From contig NC_045696.1 of NCBI RefSeq assembly GCF_009834535.1, positions 27,282,001-27,346,000 on the forward strand: a DNA stretch of 64,000 bases. The letters are read 5' to 3'. The notes below the pieces were generated by a model. That model saw only the letters and a list, made by a program, of their open reading frames with translations. It had not been told where the DNA came from and searched no databases. Of the stretch, positions 1-12,738 are shown in pieces. The DNA is from Camelus ferus (lineage: Eukaryota). Both the position numbers and the translations under genes were made by a program. Numbering within the stretch: the first letter of the stretch is position 1; each line of letters starts with the position of its first letter.

Positions 1-9
1 AATTTAACC

Positions 10-360
10 TAGTTGGACATATATGGGTCCGACTTTCATGGAACTCAGTGTCTAATGAATATAGAAACATAAACAGAGAAGATAGGAAAATAAAGGAAAA
101 ATCTGTGTATACATGTCAGGAGGTAGGGGCATAGAACCAATTTTTAAGGAGTTAGGGAATGCTTCTCGAAGGAAGTGAAATTTCAAGTCAGTAGAAAGAG
201 CATGCGCAGGAGTCTTAAGACAAAGGAAAAGCCTATCCAACACAATAAAATTTGGGCATGTGAGAAACATAGTATTCAAAACCAAGCCTGTCGAGGTCAT
301 ACGATGAATTGTAAAGGATATTAAGGAATATAAACTTTATCTTGAGAACACTGGGAAACA
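10..360 (-). mobile_element. Degraded L2 LINE fragment
   Basis: Motifs such as 'ctttcatggaactcagtgtctaatg' and 'actttatcttgagaacactgggaaac' resemble the reverse strand of the L2 3' region. Confidence 0.5.
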
Positions 361-419
361 AAATAATGAAATTAATGTATTTAAAAAGTTCCTCCTGAAT
401 TTTTCCTTGCATTTGAAAA

Positions 420-1850
420 GGGTGTCTATAATATCCTAGCCAACATTATATTTACTGGTGAAATAGAAAATGCTTTCTCCTTGAAGTTAGGATCAAGAAA
501 AATTCGTCCCTTATCACCAATTCTACTCATTATATTGGAGATCACAGATAATATAGGACAAGAAAAGAGAAGTAAAAGGTTTACATATTGGAAAGAAAAG
601 TAAACTGGTTTATTTGCAGTTGACAGATTGTGTTCAGAGAAATTTCAAAACAATCTACAAACTCTTAGACATAATGGGTGGATTTAGCAAAGATGCTCTT
701 TACAAAAGTCAATTGTACATCTTGCCTCAAACAATACAATAATAAAATGTATATGTATATATAAATATATATATATATGCAATCACATCAAAAATCATGA
801 AACATTATAGGTATAAATCTGTTAAAATGTGTGTAAGACTTTGAAAAATATAAAATATTGTTGAGAGAATTAAAGATCAAAATAAATTTATATCTATATA
901 TGGAATATATGTCATTTCCCTAAATTGAAAGCCTCAATTTGTTAGGATGTTAATTCTCCTTAAATTGTTCAATAATTTAGGTGGAACTAAAATTTAAAAA
1001 GATTTTTTTGTTTGTCCAGGATACGTGTGTTTGTGTGTTTGTATGAGCATGGGAATTGTCAAGCTGATTTTAACATTTATAAGAAAATGCAGAAGACTTC
1101 TAATAGCCAAATGAAGATAAGAAAAAGTTGGAGACTTACACTACTAGTTTGTAAGGCTTAGTACAAAGCTATAATAATTTAGAGTATATACACTTGCATA
1201 CATAGATTAATGGAATAAAAGAGAATAGACGTGAATTACCACGTTTATGTTCATTTAAATTATGATTAAGATGCCACTGCACTTCAGTGGGGAAAGGACT
1301 GTCTTTTCAATAAGTGATGCTGAAACAATTAGTATCCATATAAGGGAGGAAAGGAATTTTGACCCTTATTTTACACCATACACAAAATTATTTAAGAAGG
1401 ATTAAAAACTTAAATCTCAAAAGTATAGACAATAAAGATTCCAGAAAAAACATGGGAGAATATCCCCATGGATGGTCTCAAGGTAGGACAGGAAATAAAA
1501 AGCAGCAGGTATAAAAGAAAAAATAATACATTGGTCCTCATTAAAAGTAGTTACTTAAGCCTTAAAATCATCATCAAGAGAATGGGAAGAAATATTTATG
1601 ACACGAATACCTGACAAAGACTTGTGTCTGAAATATATGAGAACAATTTTTAAAAAGGGAAATGAATATATGCATCCACCAAAAGGCAAAGCAAGATAAT
1701 TGATTGCTCCTGCCCACCAACAGACTTGTACAGGTATATTTAACTTTCTTCATAAAAGCCCTAAACTGGAAACAGCCCATCAAGAAAAGAGTACATAAAC
1801 TGTGAGCTATTTACACTGTGGAATATTATACAGCAACAAAATGTATCTAT
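420..1850 (+). mobile_element. Old L1 fragment (L1M-type; ORF2 3' part and 3' UTR), antisense to ROBO1
   Basis: Degenerate ORF2 landmarks 'gccaacattatatttactggtgaaa', 'gtcttttcaataagtgatgctgaaacaatt', 'ctaaactggaaacagccc' and 'gtggaatattatacagca'. No intact ORF. Confidence 0.8.
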
Positions 1851-1878
1851 GTTTATTTTATGTACATATGTGTGTATA

Positions 1879-2086
1879 CACCTACTCTCTACTTTTTGAA
1901 AGTTCATTTCATGCCATTTTGCTTTCATGAAAGACTACATTAAGTACCTGTTTTGGTTAACTGAAGTAAATCTGAAGTGGATTTTTACTTTTATGAAAAG
2001 AGGTAATTGCTTCTTTGCTTTATGCCATTTTGGCTTACAAATGTTCTCACAGGAATGCTCTACTTTCAGATAGTGGGGGAAACCTG
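1879..2086. mobile_element. Non-autonomous DNA transposon, TcMar/Tigger-like, about 210 bp
   Basis: Degenerate terminal inverted repeats (17/26 identity, both ending in tgaaagt internally). Sits within a TA-rich tract. Confidence 0.55.
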
Positions 2087-2638
2087 TTATATACATATGT
2101 GTATATATATTTTTATGTGTATATGTTTACTTATTTTCTCTTCTCAAATTATTACTTCTCTCCATCTTATGGTTTGGAGACTTTCTCCATTACTATGACT
2201 TTATAATATATTTGACATTAGTTAATCATGTTTAGCGGAGTTGATAAAAAGAACAAAACCCTCTTATTGAGAAAAACTTAATCATTATCATGAATTGTGA
2301 GTTGGATTTGTCAACAATTCATCTTATCGCCTTAATTTAGAGGAAAGAAAAAGAATGATAGTTCACACTAAGAGATTTTTAAAATAACTTTTTACTTTCC
2401 AAAACATGAATATAGTCCTATGTACAACTATTCAGTGTAAACGTTTCCTTATATAATTGCTATGCTTTTATGAATCTAATTTGATGCTAGAAGTTTGCAG
2501 TACAGTCAAGTTAAAATAAGTATAATTTTACACTTCATCATTGTACCGACACCCTCTTTGGTCTTACACCAAAATTGCTGTAAGAAACGTTACAAAGCTG
2601 AAAACAAATACATTTACTGGCACTCTCTTCAGACCCTA

Positions 2639-2851
<213 letters not shown>

Positions 2852-2914
2852 CTAGAATCCAGAATTTGGAAGGAAAGAATAACAATAGGTTAATTGCTAG
2901 TTTCCAATATGTTG

Positions 2915-3092
2915 GCATATATATATATATATGTCTATTTATATTTATATATAAATAGATATATAAACATTTACACATACACATATACAAACATGCATGC
3001 CACATACGTACATATATACGCAAATAAGCTAAATATTCTTTCATCACATACCCACGTATACAGATGTGCACACACATAAACATATAAATGCA
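2915..3092. repeat. (TA)/(CA)-rich low-complexity repeat
   Basis: Alternating purine-pyrimidine runs such as atatatatatatat and acacatacacatatac. Confidence 0.85.
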
Positions 3093-5090
3093 CAAGGTTT
3101 AATGATCTAGCCTTAAATAGGGTCACCTGATAATTTAAATAAATTCTAAGTAATGATATGTGCTTTTTATTATGTTTCAAACAATACTAGATATCAAAGA
3201 CCATTAGATATCATCAGAATTAGAAGTTTTACATATTTAACCAAAGTCAAAAGTTTTGTTTCACATATATGTGATTATTAGGATTATAAACACTAAGTTT
3301 TTTAATATGTAAACAACACTAAAATGTAAGCACATTCTGACAAATTAAGTTTAAGGATATCATTTTGGTACCATAATGAGTATCTCTGTTACTTGTCCAT
3401 TATAAAAGCTCAGTAATCTCTATCAAATTGGTAACAGTTTCTTGTTCTTCCTGTTAAATGGTGAGCATATCTGTTATAGATTATTTTGAAATTTAAATAT
3501 TGAATTTAAGAATTCATAATGGAATTTTACTTCTGCAGAAAGTTATCCTGCATACAAACTCAAGACAATGCATGATGTTATTTTGTGGCACAAATTTCTC
3601 TCTATGAATCAAAATATCATGCTCGCTGGAGGGAATGTATATTTCATACAAAATGGCACGTCATGTCATTGTTTTTTATGAAATAAAAATATCAGTATTT
3701 CTTCTAATCAAATAAAGTTGCTACTTTTTAAAAGTTTAGGTGTCTTTTAACATATGGATATGGATCTAATGGCAAAATTTTAGGAAAAAGGGAGTTACAT
3801 CATTAAATCAAACCAAACTATAGATTTTAAATAACAATGAATAATTTATTTAAATAACTAAATGAATCATTTAAATATTACTCTACTAAGAACTTCTAAT
3901 GGATTTACTATTATTGCTACACAAATGTTCTTACATAATACAATTTCAATTTTTCCTGTCCTACTAAAATATTTTGTTTTTTCTTGTCTTTAATTTGCTG
4001 TCAGCAAATTTAGTTCTCTGAGGCCAAATGAAACGTGTTAGAACCAACCACGGTATTAGGTTTCAAACAACAGCCTCTGTACTATAATCAAGTTAGTATT
4101 TGCCCACCGAAGTAAAAATAAACGTGACCTTGATGGCACTGCCTACAAGTGATGAGTGAGTGCAGCCAGTAAACTACCTGTGTGCTATGTGTATGAACAC
4201 AGTAGAAGCAACATCATAAAACAACACACGCAAGGTTGATTTAAACAAAAAAATAAAAGAAGTTAGGAATAACTGTATTAAAAATAAATGAGAACTTTTT
4301 TTTTATAAGGATCAGAAACAAGTAAAAGGAAATGTGTCCATTTATTAAAGAAGGCAAGTTACTAAGAGATGAGAAAAAAGTTGTATTTTTAAAACTATTT
4401 TAAAGTTACCTATTATATTTAAAGTGAAATTGTTTCAAAACTCCCCTTTTTAATAAGAGAAAGCCCAATAGTGAATTTAGAATTTCAGAATGGTGATCAC
4501 ATGATAGTTTTTGAAGCATTAGGATATACTGAACTATAGCCAACATGACATCTATGTTAAAGAGACTTTCATACAGTTTGATGAATCTTTAGTTGATATA
4601 TACATATATGATTTAAAACAGAAAGAAGTGAGGAAGACATTTCAGATTCCTGGTGCTTTCCAAGAAATTCCACTGACTAATATTCATCTTTGTGTTAAAT
4701 TTATATTTAATATATAATTATAGATATATTTATATATTTTAATATATAATTATAGATATCTGAATAATAAAAGTTATGACTAATTGAATTAAGTTGAGAA
4801 AAAAAGTAGTTTTTTTTTTTTAATGTGACTGAATTGGAAGTAGAAGTCAATTTCATACGACAAAACAATTACTATTCTATATACCACCCTCAGTACCAAA
4901 ACTTGGCAGGAATATGTGAAAATTAAAACAAAGCAGAAAATTTTGTCTTCTCTTGCATTGCCGAAATTTTTAGGGCATTCAGAGATTTCTCAGTTCTCTT
5001 AAAGTGACAGCTGTGTGACTAAATAATTTGTTTCCTTTTCTTACATATGTGGCACTCATCTTTGCTGACTGAAATACTAGAACAAGGTCA

Positions 5091-5237
<147 letters not shown>

Positions 5238-7659
5238 TTACAGCAAATCAAACGCACAGTCATTGTCCTAATTAAGACAGTTTGCTGATATCCCAAGTGC
5301 TGGCATTATTTTACACCACTCACTATGTACCATAACACATAATGTCCCAGTTCCCATCCTTAACTCAATTGAAGCTAAACTGTTAAGTGCATATTTACAG
5401 AGTGGAATAGTGTAGTTTTGTAAAGAGATTTTTTTTTTAATTGCCTGACCTTCTAAGATTAACCTTCATATTAAAAAGAATTCATGAACTGCCATTTGAC
5501 CCTTTACATTAAACATACATCTAAAATTGTAGGAATAAATATCTGTTCTCCATTAGGACTGCTTAAAGGTGCATGGACTTTAATCACAGACACAAGGACC
5601 TCCTGATGAAGGCAGGTCCTAAAATTACTTCAATTTAACTCAAAAGCTTCTGAAATGCTACCATGCAAATTATAACCATTTAAAATCTTCAGCCCAATTA
5701 TTTGAATAGAAATGAATTTAAAGCAATAGTGGAATTGAACGCCTCCTTCATTTACATAGGCAAGGGCATGTTCAAACAGAATATATATGGAAATGAGGGC
5801 AAATTTGAAACATCTGCTCATCCTGACATTATAAATACTGCCAGCTTTGTCCAAACTGTTTGATTGATACAGGCTTAAATGGCCACTTCATCCAGCAGTA
5901 AAAAGAGTGTCAGAAAATTATGTCAGTTACATTGAGAGCAATGGCAGCTGAAAACACTAGGTGTGCTGATGGAGTTATTTCCTGAAAAAAAACAAACAAA
6001 ACAAAAAACCTTGTTTTGGGGCTGTGCTTTATGCTTGGAGAAAAAAGTACACTGAATAAGTCTTTTTACCTACTGTTTACACTTTTCAAGTTCATTTCTT
6101 ACCAGCTGTCTGAAACGCCTAATCAGTCTCCTTTCTTGTCTCAGATCAAATTGATGCGAACATGTCAAGCCAGACATCTAACAGTTTATAAGGGATAATC
6201 CACTTTTTAAGACAGTTTTATTATTTCTACCCTTTTCTTTAAAAGTACATTTAGTTACTTATGTCACTCACCGAGGATAACTCCTTAAAGTGAACATGAA
6301 TCAAAAAGCATATTCAGATGTTGTTCACAAGGGCAACCACTCTGCTCGCAAGAATACGATTTCTTTGTTAAATGAAGGTGAGGATTTGAAAGGGTACTTT
6401 TCTCTTGCTAAATATTTTCTGGTCAATTGCATCTAAGGCATGTATACATATTTGTAATATATATGGTAATATATATTATAATATATAATATATAAATGTA
6501 TAAATTTGCACATTTGTGTATGTATACACATTTATACTTGTTTGTAAAGTCAAATATAAAATCTCTTTAACAAAGGAATACATAAAACAACTTGCTGAAG
6601 ATTGCATGGTCACAAAACTGAAGAAAGCAATTAGATCTCCTAACTTCCAGGTTAGTGTGCTTTCTTCTATACTTCCTCTTTATTTTAAATTGAGGTTTAG
6701 TAGAAATTATACCATTTCACTAGGAAATTATAGATTGGAAAAATCAGGTCAAATGCCTTCAAAAGTCCTGTAACTTATAGGGAAGGAAAAAATGAAGTTA
6801 GAGGAACAGGTTTAGGTTCAATTTAGTAAGGCTGACGCTCAATCTTATAATTTTTTTAGGAACTCTGATTGTAATTGAGTGGTTTACCCATGAATTTCGT
6901 AAACACTATCATTATCCAGGTATAATAACAGGCATGTGCCTCATCGCCTGGAGATTCTCCTCCATACACTGTCATACAGGAGCATTTGATTCCTTAGTTA
7001 AGGGTTGGAATAACTGATGGAGAAATCAGACCAAGAAATTGAAAGGATTGACTGGCTAATGAACTAAATCCAGAAGAGAGTTTGGTTTGTTTCAATGAAA
7101 GAAAACCAAATGATTAATTAAATGAATGGAAGAATATGACTTTCCAATAAATGCAGGGAATCTGAGTAGGAAAATATAAACGTTCAAATCACTTAGACAA
7201 GTAAAAACTTCGGGTGGTCTCTTTCCTAAATCTCAGAAGCATGTCTAATAACATGTGCCAGAATCCGTGTTTCTTTTATAAAATGCCAGCTCTCCTCAAA
7301 CCTCAAAGACTTATGTGGGAACGAGGGATACAAACCCTTATGCTAACTACATGTCTCCTGCAGCAACTCTTCCACACAGGATATTTGCCTGGAAATGAAT
7401 TTACTATATCTTGTAGGCATATTCTCTGGCCAACGTCAACAATGACATCAGTCTCAAGGAATGTCTTAGAAAAAGCCCTTTTCTACATATATGTGAAATA
7501 TCTCTAAGAAAGATTTTTAAATGGATTAAATACACTGCTATCAGTCTTCTATCATCATCACCTATCTATTTAGATTGAGAAGGTCAATCACCATATGCAT
7601 CTACTTGATGTTTATGATAAAATGTTGGAATATTTTTAAAGGCTGCAATATTTATGCTT

Positions 7660-8480
7660 ACTCTAATTAAAAATATATAATTGTGTTACTAATGTCGCAT
7701 ATGTTCATTGTTGAAAATTTGGGAAATTAGACAAGCTAAGAAAAAAAGAAAAGCTACCTATAATTCAGCCATGCAAACTAGACCATATTGTTTCAAAATA
7801 TTCTCCTGCAACATCCCTTTAATGACTGCTGACTGTTTAATAGTCTAAATACAAATTACCTTCATTATTTAACCAATCTATTGTCTTTAAATTGTTTCCA
7901 ATTCCTATTGCTAAAAACAGTGGTGAGATTAGCATCTTTCTCAATTATATTCAAGTGTATTTCAACTGAAACTCTCCCTTTTAAGGCATTTTTCCTCCCA
8001 AACCTCACACACACTAAACATTTACATCCTTGTCAAACTTAGACTAGAATCTTTTCTTAATTGGCATGTTTATATTAGTGAAGTTAAACATTTATCTTCC
8101 TACTACCTAGTCACTGATACCCTGTTTGTTGTGGATATTGTGTTCCTGTGCTTAACTTTTGGACTTCTCTAAGAACTAATGAAAGACTAAAATTTTATCT
8201 ATTTCTCATAAATGTAGATATATTCTTCCATTTTGTTGAAAGTCTTTCTAATTTAGTTAGGGATTTTTGTTAATCTATCAATATAGGTTATATAATACAT
8301 AAGAAATTATATTATATAAATATCCTCTCCATTTTCATCCTGTACTTTTGTTTTTATTAACTTTTAATCCATCTATATTTTTGCAAACATGGAAAGCTAT
8401 TTTTTTCAACTAGCTCATTATTGCATCACCATTACTGAATAATCCATCCTCTTATCTGTGTTAGTATGAAGCGACATCTT
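7660..8480 (-). mobile_element. Ancient L1 (L1ME-like) 3' fragment
   Basis: 'atgttcattgttgaaaatttgggaaa', 'tttaaccaatctattg...attgtttccaatt' and 'caccattactgaataatccatcc' resemble the reverse strand of an old L1 3' end. Confidence 0.55.
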
Positions 8481-9116
8481 TACAATATTGGTGTAGCTTT
8501 TTAACTTAAAAAAATAGAGAAATTCTTTTAGGGCCCAAACTGTTTCCTGGAACACCATGCAAAATTCTCCAAAAGTGGTGCTCCGGCAACTTTAATGTGT
8601 GTGAATGGATTCCCTAAAGTATTGATCATGAAAATACTCAGAAACCTTTATTCATATGAGGACAATTGTTTATCAAAGCAAACTTTGATACATTTTAGAC
8701 ACATCATGTGGTTATTTCGTACATATAATGAAATGAATCTGACACAAAGAAATGAAAATGAGTGCAAACAGCCCTAAGGGCAAGGTTATTCACCAAGAGG
8801 ACTTTTAATGTCCATTATTGAACAATAGTTATAAAAACTCAGATAGACAGACATGAATTCATAAGCATATTTTGGACCCTCCCAAACCCAAACTCTTCTC
8901 TGGGTACCTGTTTTTGTTCATTTATCTTCTGAGATATAAACTGAAATAATACTTAATCAAGATATAGTCTTAGCATTTTTTTGAAAAGAGAAAACAATAA
9001 AAGGATGCAGATCACATATTATTTAATAAGACATACAGTTAGCAACCCCATTACCTTTACTCTTTGTCACAGTTACCCATACTTCCTGCAGACTTTATTC
9101 TGTGCAGTCTGTCTTT

Positions 9117-9228
9117 GTGGCCAATGACAAGTGAAATATGGAGGCTGACTGGTTGAAGGACATGGAAGGGTATGGATGGAAAGGGGAAGAGAAGTTCCAG
9201 TCACAGTGACACGATGATTAGAAGATGG
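9117..9228 (-). promoter_or_regulatory. YCAY cluster (candidate NOVA-binding splicing element) just downstream of the microexon
   Basis: Ten YCAY tetramers on the transcript strand (RTGR on +) starting at 9117, 9124, 9131, 9138, 9162, 9172, 9176, 9206, 9214 and 9225. Confidence 0.7.
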
Positions 9229-9248
9229 CCAATAAAATGTCAACTTAC

Positions 9249-9257
9249 CAGACCCAA
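9249..9257 (-). CDS. ROBO1: ROBO1 alternatively spliced 9-nt microexon (TTGGGTCTG; adds V-G-S between Ig3 and Ig4; known as exon 6b in mouse)
   Basis: Minus strand reads ttttgttttgttttag|TTGGGTCTG|gtaagttg. With the upstream exon's terminal G and the downstream AA it gives GTT GGG TCT GAA = V G S E, the known ROBO1 isoform insert. Confidence 0.93.
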
Positions 9258-9751
9258 CTAAAACAAAACAAAAAAAGAAAACATGGAATAAATAAAAATA
9301 AAGAAACAGAAAATGAAACAGAAAAAATAATAAGACTTGACTTAACAATGATCTTTCTTTTAAGATAAAGTGAAGTATACATTAATATTTGGATACATGG
9401 CTCACCATGTCCATGAATGAATATTTGTTAGCATTTCCAGTATCATTATAAATAATTTAAGAAAATGAGAAATGAACCTTAAAATTTCTACTTTGATTAA
9501 ATGGCAGTGCTACAATAAATGATAGCTATAAAATTATAAAACACTTTTCAATGACTTTACGTTATTGCTACCACATGACAGTTAGATACCTATATATGTA
9601 ATTCATTTTACAAAACACTATAAATCTTAACTGCTAATGCTATATAGAACAGAAGTCAAGCATCTTAACCAAAGATAAAGAAATGTTAAATCCTGCAACT
9701 CCACCATCAGATTAATTTTTAAAAGGTTCATGCTGCCAACGATATTCTATT

Positions 9752-9910
9752 AAACCAATGCTTCTCATACTTGAATAAGAATAGGAATCATCCTAAGATC
9801 TGGTTAAAATACAGCTTATGATTATACACGTCAGGAGCGTGACCAGGGGTTTTGCATTTCTAACAAGCACCCAGGTGCTGCTGGCTCATGACCATAGGTT
9901 GAGTAGCACG
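9752..9910. mobile_element. MER5A-like hAT-Charlie element
   Basis: Begins 'caatgcttctcatactt'. Contains 'tgcatttctaacaagcacccaggtgctgctgg' and ends 'ttgagtagca'. Confidence 0.7.
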
Positions 9911-12274
9911 GTTAATAAAAGGTGTTACATTTAAATTCTTGCATATTTTTAATTGAGAAGACCCACAGGAAAAAATGTAAGCATGTTATGGAAACAGATA
10001 AAACTTTATAACCCCATCTAATAAAGTCATAATCACATTACTCGCTTTCAGTACTGAAACATTGGGCATTTTAGCACAGAAAGCTCAAGTAATACATATT
10101 TAAAATACTGGAAGGTGATTGTTTTGCTTTGCTCTTTTAGAAACAAAGGTAATTACTGTCAAATGCAGAGCATTTTCGTAATAGCCCAGTAGACACCCAC
10201 AATACATTTTACTCAAATAAATAATGCCTATGTCCTTCAGCAAGTCACAATTAATTAGACTTGATATACATTCCTGTACTTTAAATAAATGAACTATGCC
10301 AAGCACTGCTGCTGTGAAATGGTGGTTTTAAGAGTTCTCTTGTTTATTGCTACCATATATGCGGAATTTAATGCAATTGAGAAACACATTGTCACTCACA
10401 CCTTCCTTTCAGCATTGAGTGAAATCAATTGTCTTTATTTTTCACTCCATAGTAAAAATTCTTAAGCACAGTTTTTCAGTTATGCAGGCAAGAAAAGTTT
10501 AAGAGTACATATCACTCTCATTTACTCGGGCATAATGTTTATCATAGCATCAATAGCTTCTCTATAGATTTGAAAACACAAACAGAGAGGATCTGACTTG
10601 ATCACATTACTCAGAACCTTAAAGATGATGTCTTTTAAGTGACAGGAAGAAACGGTCAGAAGCTACAGGAGAGAGAGCCTGACAAACTGCACCAACTGTA
10701 CTGTACCAACAGAATTTCAGCTTAAGAAAACAAAAAGTCATAACATTAGCTTTTGGGTAATTTGTGAAAATAAATTTGATCTCATTAGACTGATGCCGTT
10801 CAAATCAAGCCTCACTCTAAGTCAAGGGATCAGAGGAATGATTCCCAACTAGTTTCTAGTCATATCTTTTTCAGTCACTTACAAATCCTTTAACATTTTC
10901 AAAAAATATTTCACTTGTTAGAAATCAAAAAAATCGCTGGAAACCTGCTCATACAAAATTTTAAAAAGCACTCTTTCCTTGCCTATAGGTTTTACTAGCA
11001 ATTGAGCCATAGGAGTTGAGTCTTTTATTAATTAAAATACAGTGTGTTTAAGAACATGAGGCTAATACATTTGTATATCACATCAATGACAAATGATAAC
11101 TGTAAAATATTTCCTTGTCTATTAAGGACCCTAAAAGTTATCTAAGACAACATCTAGCACAGAGACTCCTAAAACATCAGAGGATTTTGAGAGGACCCTA
11201 TCTTGAACGATCATTTAAGCTTTTAACAACCATGATTATCAGGAAATGATTCTTCTTATCTAAATGAAAACCTGCCTGTCACAAATTCATTTGTTCTAGT
11301 TTCAGTGAACAAATAAATGCCATTTATATCCTCCACATAAAATCATCTTACTTATTTGAATAAAACTATCATCCCAAGCTTTCTCTTCTAGAGAATCAAT
11401 GATAGAAATTTCTTTTAAGTTTTTCTCAGATTTTCCCCTTTCTCAATATTTCTCTCAGGCTCAGGTCAAAGGATTTTTTCCCATTCAGAAAGCAGAGACC
11501 TTCTACACATCAGGCAGTGCCCATGACTGTCCGGCTGGATAAGTCCACAAAGAATCAGAGAAGAGTGGAGTCACTTGGACCCTGTTCATTCATTATCCTC
11601 TAAAGTGCATGGTTTACGGGCAGCTTCTCTCACACCTTCCACGTAACTCTTATCAACCGTTTTTACTGCTGTAAAGGCTGGGAGCACCTCTATCCCAACT
11701 CACTTTTCTCCCCAAGAAAGAGGAAAAGCCTGTCTGTCTCTCTCCCTAGTAAAACAATAAAACAATAAAATGTTAGCTCTGGAAGTGATCTTAAAACTTA
11801 CCAGTCTAACCCAGTCCTGTTTGCATGAGAAAATGGAGAATCTACATTGTTAAGTAACTTTCTCAAGGTCACAGATGACTAACCAAAGACTGCCTTCCAG
11901 GTCTTTTGACTAAATCCAAGTCTGTACAAAAGTTCCTACTAGTTCATCAGTTTGGGGAGAACTATATGCAATAGGAAACAGAATCTATTTGATTTTACAT
12001 TTAAACTGTCACAAATTGTTTCATCTAAAATCATTCCTACCTTCACATAAAAATGGTTTTAAAGAATTCCTCATACTAGAATTCTTTTGAGAATATTTAG
12101 CTACAGTTTTCAAAAGAAATGGGAAACTAACAGGTGAGAGGAAAACAGACTTAAAGCCTCTTGAAACGTTCACCTCTTTGGAAAAATAAGCAACACGATC
12201 ATTTCATAAGGGTAGACAGTTTTAATCATGTCCTGTCTTGAAATCATTATAAATTGAATAAAATAGTACTCTCC

Positions 12275-12738
12275 TTTTTTTTTTTTAACATTTTTTATTG
12301 ATTTATAACCATTTTACAATGTTGTGTCAAATTCTAGTGTAGAGCATAATTTTTCAGTTATACATGAACATACATATATATTCATTGTCACTTTTTTTTG
12401 CTGTGAGCTACCATGAGATCTTGTGTATATTTCCCTATGCTATACAGTATAATCTTGCTTATCTACTCTACAATTTTGAAATCCCGTCTATCCCTTCCCA
12501 CCCTCCACCCCCTTGGCAACCACAAGTTTGTATTCTATGTTTATGAGTCTGTTTCTGTTTTGTATTTATGCTTTGTTTTTTTTTTTTGTTTTTGTTTTTG
12601 TTTTTTAGATTCCACATATGAGCGATCTCATATGGTATTTTTCTTTCTCTTTCTGGCTTACTTCACTTAGAATGACATTCTCCACATTCTCCAGGAGCAT
12701 CCATGTTGCTGCAAATGGCATTATGTTGTCGGTTTTTA
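12275..12738 (-). mobile_element. Relatively young lineage-specific L1 3' end, 5'-truncated, in the same orientation as ROBO1
   Basis: Poly(T) at 12275 followed by tttatt (AATAAA on the minus strand) and well-preserved L1 3' UTR motifs: 'ggcaaccacaagtttgtattctatgtttatgagtctgtttctg', 'gattccacatatgagcgatctcatatgg', 'catccatgttgctgcaaatggcatt'. Confidence 0.88.

Noticed and set aside
4706..4759. 22-nt direct repeat (tttaatatataattatagatat x2)
   Set aside because: Two copies in AT-rich low-complexity DNA, typical of slippage. Not an array.
9073..9348. 91-aa hydrophobic ORF spanning the microexon
   Set aside because: The Phe/Leu-rich segment is just the translated U-rich acceptor tract. Only the VGS codons are real coding sequence.
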